Shown here piece by piece: positions 10,045 to 17,911 of a stretch of DNA of 32,000 nt. How positions within the stretch are numbered: the stretch's first letter is position 1; every line of letters starts with the position of its first letter. The stretch lies in NCBI GenBank assembly GCA_021498095.1, contig JAIZWK010000001.1, positions 2,940,001 through 2,972,000 of the forward strand. Direction: 5' to 3'. The notes under the pieces were generated by a model. That model ran no database searches and was not told the DNA's origin. It was given only the letters and a program-made list of their open reading frames with translations. Both the position numbers and the translations under genes were made by a program. Origin of the DNA: Candidatus Harpocratesius repetitus. GTDB lineage: Archaea > Asgardarchaeota > Lokiarchaeia > Sigyniarchaeales > Promethearchaeaceae.

Positions 10045-11394
10045 TTATTTCTTTACATATTTTTCGATGAATTCATCAAGCATTGATTCGATTGAAGGAG
10101 TGCCGATGCATTCAATATCATAGTCAATTCTAACAATTGGCTTATTACATTTAATCAATCGGCTTAAATCAATAGGACTTCCATCAATTACAACATCAGC
10201 TGGAATGGCATTAATTGTGGCTTCTAAATCTTTGATTTGATTTTCATCATATCCCATAGCAGGTACAATTTCTTGTAATTGCTTAAATTCTTCAAAGATT
10301 TTCTTCTGTGATCCTTGTAAATAAGGCTTTGGATCAACAATTTCACAATTATTTTGTTTGGCTGCAATATATCCTGCACCAATTGCCATATGTCCATGTG
10401 TTAAAGTTGGACCATCTTCAACCACAACGACTTTCTTGTTTTTAATCAAATCTGCTTTTCCATCTTGAACTGTTACAACAGAATTACTTCGGATAACAGG
10501 TGCATTTGGATTTAATATTTTCAAATTATCTTCAACAATTTTAACATCTTCTGGTTTAGCAGAATTTAATTTATTTAGTACAAATGCTTCACAAATTCGA
10601 GCGTTTACTTCTCCAGGGTAAAATTTCAGTTCATGTCCTGGTCGTAAAGGATCTACAACTGTGAACATTAAATCTGGGACATAAAATGAGATTTCATTAT
10701 TTCCACCATCAAAGACAATAATATCAGCTTCTTTTTCGGCTTCCTCTAAAATTTTACCATAATCAACACCAGAATAAATTACTAATCCTTGTTCAATATA
10801 TGGTTCATATTCTTCACGTTCCTCAATTGTGCATTTATATTTATCCAAATCTTCATATGTAGCAAATCGCATACAAGTTTGTTCAACAAGATCACCGTAT
10901 GGCATAGGTTCACGCACAGCTACGACTTTATATCCCTTTTCTTTTAAATATCGATAAGTAGCTCGAGAAACTTGAGATTTACCACATCCTGTTCGCACAG
11001 CTGTAATTGCAACAACTGGTTTTTTGGATTTAATTTGAGTAAAGCGGGGGCTGATTAAACGATAATTCGCTCCAGCTGCTAATGCTCGAGCACCTTTATG
11101 CATAACATCTTCATGAGCAACATCACTATACGCAAAAACAACTTCATCAATTTGATTTTCTTTAACGAAATCAACCAAATTTGTTTCAGGAATCATTGGA
11201 ATTCCATCTGGATATAATTTTCCAGCTAATTCAGCAGGATATTTACGTTCAACACCTTCTAAGGTACCCACATTTTGTTCTCCAGCCATCGTAAAGGCGC
11301 GTACATCATATTCCTCATTGTCTCGGAAAACTGTGTTAAAACAGTGAAAGTCAAATCCGAGAGCACCAATAATAACAACTTTTTTTCGTTCCAT
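10045..11394 (-). CDS. arcE: ArcE-like arginine synthetase (cyclic 2,3-diphosphoglycerate synthetase-like P-loop NTPase family)
   Basis: VVIIGA.G.DFH.FN, YPAELAG.LYPDGIP, AVRTGCGKS P-loop, REPMPYG, EEREEYE, DGGNN, VEDGPTLTHG, PAMGY. Context is OTC plus carbamate kinase with no arcA. SD GAGGA at 11401-11405. Confidence 0.8.
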   Translation of the reverse strand: MERKKVVIIGALGFDFHCFNTVFRDNEEYDVRAFTMAGEQNVGTLEGVERKYPAELAGKLYPDGIPMIPETNLVDFVKENQIDEVVFAYSDVAHEDVMHKGARALAAGANYRLISPRFTQIKSKKPVVAITAVRTGCGKSQVSRATYRYLKEKGYKVVAVREPMPYGDLVEQTCMRFATYEDLDKYKCTIEEREEYEPYIEQGLVIYSGVDYGKILEEAEKEADIIVFDGGNNEISFYVPDLMFTVVDPLRPGHELKFYPGEVNARICEAFVLNKLNSAKPEDVKIVEDNLKILNPNAPVIRSNSVVTVQDGKADLIKNKKVVVVEDGPTLTHGHMAIGAGYIAAKQNNCEIVDPKPYLQGSQKKIFEEFKQLQEIVPAMGYDENQIKDLEATINAIPADVVIDGSPIDLSRLIKCNKPIVRIDYDIECIGTPSIESMLDEFIEKYVKK

Positions 11395-11505
11395 ATTAAT
11401 TCCTCAATTTTCATTGTGTATTTCTTAATTTTTATGCAATTTCTACGATTTATAATGTATTGCAGATTCTCATCTATTTTTATTATAGATTAAGTTAATA
11501 GCAAT

Positions 11506-11674
11506 GAATAAAAATGACTCCGCTTTATTCGTTTAAACGTAAAATACGTTCACAAATGAAGGGAGGAAATCTATGAACGAGCAGTGAGAGTGGGGTAGCG
11601 AGTTCTCACAAGACCCCAATACCAAAAAGATCTCGTTCACACTTCTAAATATTATCTCCTAAGTGTGTTCATTT
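11506..11674 (-). ncRNA. Putative structured leader RNA (attenuator/riboswitch-like) or sRNA upstream of arcE
   Basis: Core 11574-11640 is about 49% GC (33/67) in AT-rich DNA. Helices: 11574-81/11632-39, 11584-89/11604-09 and 11591-96/11613-18 (crossing, i.e. pseudoknot), 11638-44/11661-67, 11536-41/11545-50, 11506-12/11524-30. Strand inferred from context. Confidence 0.55.
11652..11672 (-). CDS. Putative leader peptide MNTLRR
   Basis: ATG AAC ACA CTT AGG AGA TAA. Two Arg codons directly before the stop, upstream of an arginine catabolic cluster. Confidence 0.3.
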   Translation of the reverse strand: MNTLRR

Positions 11675-11681
11675 AACCTTC

Positions 11682-11696
11682 TATTTAAAATTTCTG
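11682..11696 (-). promoter_or_regulatory. BRE-TATA promoter candidate (CAGAAAT TTTAAATA)
   Basis: Matches the archaeal BRE cRnaAnt plus TTTAAATA; predicts a start site near 11655-11660. Confidence 0.5.
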
Positions 11697-11973
11697 CTCT
11701 CCAATTCAAAAAGAAGTCAATTTCTCTAATTTGGGATAATGGGGTGAATTATACCTATAATTTTCCAAAAGCAGTTGAATTCAACTATATTCAAGATAGA
11801 CATGAGCCCAAAAAATAAGTAAACACAATAAGTGAAAAAATCAAATATCATCATTTATATTAATATCGCTTTTTTTTTATTCTAGTATCCCAACTTTTTT
11901 TAACAGGAATAAAATTAGAGAAAAAATAAATATCGACTTTCAAGGATAAAAAATAATTATAACTTAAAAAATT

Positions 11974-12294
11974 TTAAATAATTTCTATGTTTTCTTCAGC
12001 ATATCCAAGCTTCAATAAAAATTGTTTTAATTTCTTGCGATGATCACCTTGAATTTCAATAGAATTCCCTTTTACAGTGCCTCCACTCGCACAAAAACTT
12101 TTCGCTTTTTTTGCTATCTTCTTAAGGTTTGCTCCTTGAAAATTGCTAAAGTTCACGACACTAGTTAATTTTCCCCACTTTCTTTTATCAATTGTGATAG
12201 TAATTTTCTGGTCTTCTTGAGCTAATGATTCACAAACACATAACTCGATAGGAAGCGAGCATTTTGGACATATTCCGACTAAATCTTTTGGCAA
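11974..12294 (-). CDS. sui1: Translation initiation factor aIF1 (SUI1), apparent TTG start
   Basis: ICPKCSLPIELCVCE...KRKWGKLTSVV...FCASGGTVKGNSIEIQGDHR. SD GGAGTGA 10 nt before the TTG; no in-frame ATG near the N-terminus. Confidence 0.93.
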   Translation of the reverse strand: MPKDLVGICPKCSLPIELCVCESLAQEDQKITITIDKRKWGKLTSVVNFSNFQGANLKKIAKKAKSFCASGGTVKGNSIEIQGDHRKKLKQFLLKLGYAEENIEII

Positions 12295-12416
12295 ATCTGG
12301 TATTTCACTCCAATAATTAAATATTATAATTAAATTGTATAAAGAACCAGCTATGGATCTTTACTAATGTAAGTTACTATTGATAAAATATAAATCTACT
12401 CGTTAAAATTTGGTTG

Positions 12417-13943
12417 TTATTGGGAATTAGAAGAATTTAACGATTTTTTTATCTTAGTAAAGGTAGCGATAAAAAATCCAGCTGTATGATTATGTAGAGG
12501 GGAAAATCGACTCATAGCTTTTTGAAGAGATAAAATATCACATATATTGGATTTCTTACGTGCTATTTGTTCAATGGAGTAAGAAGAAGGATACCAAGAA
12601 GGAAGAGAGACTGGAATTAGTGGTTTCAAATCATAAATAAAATCAATGAAATGTAATTCATTTTCTTCAGGATACATGCTACATGTGGAGTAGACTATAA
12701 TTCCTCCGGGTTTTAATAATCTAAAGGCATGATAGAATAACTCTTTTTGTAATAATACATGTTTTTGAAGAAAATTGGGAGACTGTCGCCATTTAATACC
12801 AGGATTTGAATGGAATGTTCCACTACCCGTACATGGAGCATCTAGAAAAATCAAATCAAAATTATTTATTTCTCGAAAACATGGATTTATTCCATCAGAT
12901 TGAATAATATTTATATTTTCTTCAAAACTTAAGGATGAAATTAAACGAACACGCTGAGTATGAATATCTTGGGCAATTATCTTATCATTTTCACTAGTAA
13001 ATGACGAAATAATACGTGTTTTACTGCCTGGAGCTGCACAATAATCTAAAATCATTAATGGATGAAAATATTTTGCATTAACAGTACCTATTGCATGAAA
13101 TCCTGCATATATGGAAAGAATTGAAGGAATTTCTTGAATATATCCCCCGATTTTCTTAAAATCAAGTTGTGAATTTAAAATTGGTTTAAATTTACTTTCA
13201 ATAATAAAAAGTGAAGGAAATTTGGAATGTTGTTCAAAAATAATTTGGTTTTTTTTACAGATTCTTTCAAATTTCTCATGATTATTTGATTTAACAAATA
13301 CTCCAAACAATCCTTTCTCATTAATAGTTGAAATCGCCTTAATTTGACCTTTTAACGAATGATCATCCATTATTTTACTCATTTGATTTAAAAAGAAAGA
13401 TGGCATGGCAAACAGGAGACTTTGCTGTTCAATCAACGATTTTCCTTTTAAAGCAATATCCCAATTAAAACTCTTAATTCTCCGATAAAAATAAGAAAAT
13501 TGCTTTTTAATGAGATATTTTGGTAATAGTGAATAAAGTTCCTGCCAAAGATCTTCAAAACTAGCATGTTCATAACGAATTCGATATGCAATATACAAAA
13601 ATATACCATTTTTTAATAAAGATGGAATCTCCTTTTTTGTTTTGACACCCCGAAAAGTTTTTCGCACGATGTATTGAAGTTGATTCTGGTATCTTATTAT
13701 TTCAACTTTATAATGATAAATCCAATTTGAATTAATATTCAAGGAAAAATTAGAAGATATCTTAGAATAAGATTGAGATATCCTAGAACTAGATTGAGAT
13801 ATCTTAGAATTAGAGTGAAAAATCATAGAAAGAGCGCGAAGTATAATGGAAAGGGAATCAGAAGCAATATATACATCATTTTTCTTAAGATTTACGAGAT
13901 TGCTTTCTTTCTTTAATTGCTGTTCAAAATTTTTTTTTTTCAT
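12417..13943 (-). CDS. RsmB/NOL1/NOP2/Sun family RNA m5C methyltransferase
   Basis: LDYCAAPGSKT, IAQDIH, LDAPCTGSG and VYSTCS (both catalytic Cys), AGFFIA. Confidence 0.9.
   Translation of the reverse strand: MKKKNFEQQLKKESNLVNLKKNDVYIASDSLSIILRALSMIFHSNSKISQSSSRISQSYSKISSNFSLNINSNWIYHYKVEIIRYQNQLQYIVRKTFRGVKTKKEIPSLLKNGIFLYIAYRIRYEHASFEDLWQELYSLLPKYLIKKQFSYFYRRIKSFNWDIALKGKSLIEQQSLLFAMPSFFLNQMSKIMDDHSLKGQIKAISTINEKGLFGVFVKSNNHEKFERICKKNQIIFEQHSKFPSLFIIESKFKPILNSQLDFKKIGGYIQEIPSILSIYAGFHAIGTVNAKYFHPLMILDYCAAPGSKTRIISSFTSENDKIIAQDIHTQRVRLISSLSFEENINIIQSDGINPCFREINNFDLIFLDAPCTGSGTFHSNPGIKWRQSPNFLQKHVLLQKELFYHAFRLLKPGGIIVYSTCSMYPEENELHFIDFIYDLKPLIPVSLPSWYPSSYSIEQIARKKSNICDILSLQKAMSRFSPLHNHTAGFFIATFTKIKKSLNSSNSQ
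13755..13817 (-). repeat. 21-bp x3 in-frame tandem repeat in the methyltransferase N-terminus
   Basis: Plus strand AGATATCTTAGAATAAGATTG / AGATATCCTAGAACTAGATTG / AGATATCTTAGAATTAGAGTG; encodes the SKISQSS-SRISQSY-SKIS stretch. Confidence 0.9.
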
Positions 13944-13990
13944 TTCATTGTTCGTGCCTCTCTGGTATTTCCCTCATTTGCTTAGTTCTT

Positions 13991-14040
13991 TAATTATTTG
14001 TAATTCTTTTTAATCACTTGTAATTATTTTTAATTTTTGA
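13991..14040 (-). repeat. 10-bp period degenerate tandem repeat straddling the MFS stop codon
   Basis: TAATTATTTG TAATTCTTTT TAATCACTTG TAATTATTTT TAATTTTTGA. Confidence 0.7.
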
Positions 14041-15537
14041 AACAAATTTTTCATCCTTTGATCTAAAAGCAATAATTTCCATTGTGTCTTTGCTATCTAC
14101 TTCAATCTCTTTAGAAATATTTCGCCATAACCATAAAGGAATAAAATACCACAAAATACTTAAAATCAAAAGGAGTTTTCCATTTACTACATGAAATAAG
14201 AATTCATAAATGTAATATTGAAATGCAATGAACATATAGGTGAATCCCTTACCGAATTGATCAGAAAAGTGAAGCATGGCTTGTGAAGTGCCCATATGTT
14301 CTGGTAGATTTACCTCAAGTAAAGTTGGAGTGCGATTAATCGTTATACTAGCCACAAAAAAGCTTCCAAAGAAAAGTGCTAAGAAATAAAAGGAATAAGC
14401 TGGATAAAAGAAAAAGATAGAGGTTATCAATTTAAAATACAGAATAGGGTTAATTGTATTATTCAGTAAAGCAGGATTTATTTCCAAATTCGAATATTCT
14501 ACAGGATTTATTACTAAAAACGCCAAAATAAATAGAGGTATGGCAAGAATGATCCCTAAATATGTAAAATGTGCCCTTAATCGAGGAGATTTGCGATGAA
14601 TTAGATCAAAAATTGGCCCTAATACAAGAGTCCCAATAAAATAACCAGCCCCAGCAGCAGCTGCAAATATTTGAGATATTTGGATGCGGATATTATCAGG
14701 AAACGATGCAAAAGGGAAAGATGTGAGATAAAAAACCAAAAACGAGCTCATAATTGCCCCAGGGATAACTGCAAAGAAAGATAAAATTACAATATTTCGG
14801 TTAGTCTTCCGTTTCCAAATAATTTTAAAATCCTTTCGCGAAATTCGAAATGGATAAGCTAAATTTCCTTCACGTAGTTGTTCTCCTAAATTTTTATCAA
14901 ATAATTCAACTGAACTTGCACCCCGTTCAGGAAATTGGAAAAAAAGCAGTAAAACAAAAAGAATTACTGTAATTATGGATAAAATAACAAAAGAAAATTT
15001 CCAATGCAAATTCCACACATTTATTGGAGTTATAAAACCAGAAAGAAAATTTCCTGATACATTCCCCAAAGCATTAACAAAAGCCAGAATTCCGAATATT
15101 GTTGACCAGTATTTTGCTGAAATATAATCTGCTAAAAGAGAATAAATAATAGGAATCAATGCACCATATCCAATAGCAGTAATAATTCTACCAGTTAAAA
15201 ATAATGGAAACTTTCTAGCCATTGTACAAAAAATTAATCCAATGATAAAAAATATAAGAGAACCTTGCAAGATGCGTTTTCGATGAATTTTATCAATGAG
15301 ATAACCCCAAATTAGTGAGATTAATGCCCCAATTAATATAAATATCGCCTCTTCAAACATAATGTATGTTAAAGATGGTAGAGAAAAGTAATTTATGACG
15401 ATACTGTAAATTGCTGGAATTAAGTTCACTGTAGTGGCTCCAATCAATAAAAAGGTAATTAGTATCAAGATCTGACAAAATTTTACAATTTTTCTACTGA
15501 AAATCCTTTTAGAACTATTCACACTGATCTTGATCAC
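14014..15537 (-). CDS. MFS transporter
   Basis: About 12 hydrophobic segments; WGYLIDKIHRKRIL motif A; GRIITAIGYG motif B; GTG start with GAGAGGG upstream. Confidence 0.88.
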   Translation of the reverse strand: MIKISVNSSKRIFSRKIVKFCQILILITFLLIGATTVNLIPAIYSIVINYFSLPSLTYIMFEEAIFILIGALISLIWGYLIDKIHRKRILQGSLIFFIIGLIFCTMARKFPLFLTGRIITAIGYGALIPIIYSLLADYISAKYWSTIFGILAFVNALGNVSGNFLSGFITPINVWNLHWKFSFVILSIITVILFVLLLFFQFPERGASSVELFDKNLGEQLREGNLAYPFRISRKDFKIIWKRKTNRNIVILSFFAVIPGAIMSSFLVFYLTSFPFASFPDNIRIQISQIFAAAAGAGYFIGTLVLGPIFDLIHRKSPRLRAHFTYLGIILAIPLFILAFLVINPVEYSNLEINPALLNNTINPILYFKLITSIFFFYPAYSFYFLALFFGSFFVASITINRTPTLLEVNLPEHMGTSQAMLHFSDQFGKGFTYMFIAFQYYIYEFLFHVVNGKLLLILSILWYFIPLWLWRNISKEIEVDSKDTMEIIAFRSKDEKFVSKIKNNYK

Positions 15538-15667
15538 ACCCTCTCATCCGTTTTGTTCCAATAATAATTATTAATTTGATGATTTTACCGATAACATGAT
15601 AATAAAAATGAACCTAATAAGATTTTTGGGAAATAAGAAAAAAAAGTAGGATCTAGCTTTGATTTTT

Positions 15668-15710
15668 TTGATTAATTTGATTAATTTGATCAATTTGATA
15701 AATTTGATCA
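15668..15710 (-). repeat. 9-bp tandem repeat just after the membrane protein stop
   Basis: TTGATTAAT TTGATTAAT TTGATCAAT TTGATAAAT TTGATCA. Confidence 0.88.
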
Positions 15711-15712
15711 TT

Positions 15713-16819
15713 TTAATTTGGTTCTAGTTGAATTAAAGCACCGCATTTTGTACATTTTCTAGCAGAAAGTGGCAACTTTTTTTTACAAACTGGACAATAA
15801 TAAAAATCCTTTGAAGGATCTACCTTAATATTATGGATTTTTGATGCGGAAGGGTGTTTTATATAAAACTTATCATCGTTTTGATAAATTTTTAATTTTT
15901 GTTCTCGAATATAGAAAAAAGCACTTCCAATTAAAGCAGGGAAAGGCAAAAACCAAATGTTCTCCAGTAAATGCATGCAAAAGTAATAAAATAATACAAT
16001 CCAGATATTTCGGCTTGAAGGATCAATAAATTGATAATATTTTTCATCAGAATATCCTAACATTCCAATCATAGGATCTGAAATAATTGCTCCAATTAGA
16101 AAAGGAATAAAAACACCAATAAAAAACAGAATTAACATGGTTTTAACATTACCTTGTAGATAAAATTTTCCTCCCCGAATAGCTTGTCTTCCGCCATGTT
16201 CATCAATAATTATTGCATGAATAATAAAAATACCTTTAATGAAAAAATAAACCCCCGGAAGAATCATCAAAATTGTACCAAATGTAATGATAATTGGAAA
16301 AAAGATGAGATAAAGAATTGTTATTAGTGTTTGCTCTTTTGATTGGAAAGCAGCAAAAACAGACAATTTCCATGAACGTGAACCGTCAAGTTCGTTTGTT
16401 TGAATATAATAGATTTTTCCTGTTGTAATTAAAGTTAAGAATAAAATTGAAAAGAAGGGAATTGACCATCTTCCTAATAGTGTTAATGAAGTAAAAATCT
16501 GATAATTTGTTTTTAGAGAATTCTCTTCTGGAGTCAAAGTACCACTATTGGATATTTTTTCAATAATTGCAGTATATTCTGGATTTATATTGTGAATGTA
16601 CCAATCAGCGGGAATATAGATTAATCGAAATACTGCAGTTAAAAAACTAATTAATACTAATAAACCTAAAGTTGGAAGTGCCGTCTTTATGAATATTTTC
16701 CAAGCATCGGCAAATACATCCTTTAAATGGATGGAAGTTGGTTGAAGTCCAAGGGAATTGTCCGGAGGAGTAGTATCAAGATCAATTCGTTGTGAATGAT
16801 TTTTTGAAGTAGGATTCAT
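15713..16819 (-). CDS. Polytopic membrane protein with C-terminal zinc ribbon
   Basis: About 6 TM segments; C-terminal CPVC-x10-CTKC. Confidence 0.75.
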   Translation of the reverse strand: MNPTSKNHSQRIDLDTTPPDNSLGLQPTSIHLKDVFADAWKIFIKTALPTLGLLVLISFLTAVFRLIYIPADWYIHNINPEYTAIIEKISNSGTLTPEENSLKTNYQIFTSLTLLGRWSIPFFSILFLTLITTGKIYYIQTNELDGSRSWKLSVFAAFQSKEQTLITILYLIFFPIIITFGTILMILPGVYFFIKGIFIIHAIIIDEHGGRQAIRGGKFYLQGNVKTMLILFFIGVFIPFLIGAIISDPMIGMLGYSDEKYYQFIDPSSRNIWIVLFYYFCMHLLENIWFLPFPALIGSAFFYIREQKLKIYQNDDKFYIKHPSASKIHNIKVDPSKDFYYCPVCKKKLPLSARKCTKCGALIQLEPN

Positions 16820-16920
16820 TATTGGTAAGAATGAAATGATGTAGAAAATATTTATTATTATATTCTAATACAAATGGATACACAATTGCAGATATTCAAT
16901 ATTAATCTTAGTTGAAAAAA

Positions 16921-17889
16921 ATGATAACATATCAAGATATTCAGCAAGCATATCAGCGAATTAAATCTGAAATTAATCATACTCCTGTAATGACTTCCAG
17001 AATGCTGAATAAAGATTTAGGAGCAGAAGTTTACTTTAAATGTGAGAATTATCAACGAGTGGGAGCTTTTAAATTTCGAGGTGCTTTTAATGCCATCAGT
17101 CAACTTTCTCATGAGCAGAAAAAGTTAGGAGTTGTTACTCATTCAAGTGGGAATCATGCTCAAGCTGTGGCATTAGCCGCTTCTATATTACATATTCCAG
17201 CTACAATTGTTATGCCTGAAAACTCCCCTAAAGTAAAAATAAATGCAACTCAAAATACTTACGGAGCCCGAGTTGTTTTATGTAAGAATACTGTTCAATC
17301 CAGGCAAGAAACATGCCAAAGAATAATGGAAAATGAAGGTCAAACCTTAATTCATCCTTATGATAATGATGAAATAATTGCTGGAGCAGGGACAGCTGCT
17401 TATGAATTGCTGTTAGAAGTTAATGATCTTGACATAATAATTACTCCAGTTGGTGGCGGAGGATTACTAAGCGGAACCAGCATTGCTGCCAAAGGATTCA
17501 ATCAAAATTGCGAAATTTATGCAGGAGAACCTTTAAATGCCGATGATGCATATCGTTCATTAATTTCAGGAAAAATTCAAACCAACAAAAATCCAATAAC
17601 GATTGCAGATGGACTTCGAACTAATTTATGCCCTCGAACATTTCAAATCATCCAAAATAATGTAAATGCAATAGTTCGTGTATCAGAGAAGGAAATCATT
17701 AGTGCAATGCGTTTTCTATGGGAAAGAATGAAATTGGTTGTTGAACCATCCAGCGCAGTTCCCTTGGCTGCATTAAAAACTGGAGAAATCGAAATCAAAG
17801 ATAAAAAAATTGGAGTAATTTTAAGTGGGGGAAATGTCGATCTTAATGCATTTTTTGAATATCTATCTTCATACATTGCTGAAAAATGA
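16921..17889 (+). CDS. PLP fold-II serine racemase / Ser-Thr (or 3-hydroxyaspartate) dehydratase, no ACT domain
   Basis: FKCENYQRVGAFKFRGA (PLP Lys), VVTHSSGNHAQA, PVGGGGL, TIADGL, VEPS, ILSGGNVD. ATG 16921 is preferred over TTG 16912. Confidence 0.88.
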   Translation: MITYQDIQQAYQRIKSEINHTPVMTSRMLNKDLGAEVYFKCENYQRVGAFKFRGAFNAISQLSHEQKKLGVVTHSSGNHAQAVALAASILHIPATIVMPENSPKVKINATQNTYGARVVLCKNTVQSRQETCQRIMENEGQTLIHPYDNDEIIAGAGTAAYELLLEVNDLDIIITPVGGGGLLSGTSIAAKGFNQNCEIYAGEPLNADDAYRSLISGKIQTNKNPITIADGLRTNLCPRTFQIIQNNVNAIVRVSEKEIISAMRFLWERMKLVVEPSSAVPLAALKTGEIEIKDKKIGVILSGGNVDLNAFFEYLSSYIAEK

Positions 17890-17911
17890 AACGAATTAAG
17901 GAGGAAGCTAA

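Noticed and set aside
10045-11394. Annotation as cyclic 2,3-diphosphoglycerate synthetase
   Set aside because: Same family, but the neighbours are OTC, carbamate kinase and ornithine aminotransferase, and no 2-phosphoglycerate kinase is nearby. ArcE fits better.
1-11394. Functional link between glnA and the arginine cluster (ammonia recapture)
   Set aside because: They are on opposite strands, about 5.7 kb apart and separated by unrelated genes; nothing in the sequence supports co-regulation.
11562-11580. GAGGAAA similar to the RNase P RNA conserved region I
   Set aside because: It is not followed by GUCC, no 3' conserved region is present, and the GC-rich stretch is far too short. SRP, 5S and tRNA patterns are also absent.
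11591-11620. Resemblance of minus-strand GGGGU...UGAGA...ACCC to the TPP riboswitch P2/P3 junction
   Set aside because: The required 3' half (CUGAUC...AUAAUGC..GCG.AGG) is absent, and the downstream genes are unrelated to thiamine.
12296-13971. Shared 11-mer GAAATACCAGA upstream of both sui1 (12296-12306) and the methyltransferase (13961-13971)
   Set aside because: It also occurs inside the GH36 CDS in near-identical form. An AT-rich 11-mer match among many intergenic pairs is compatible with chance.
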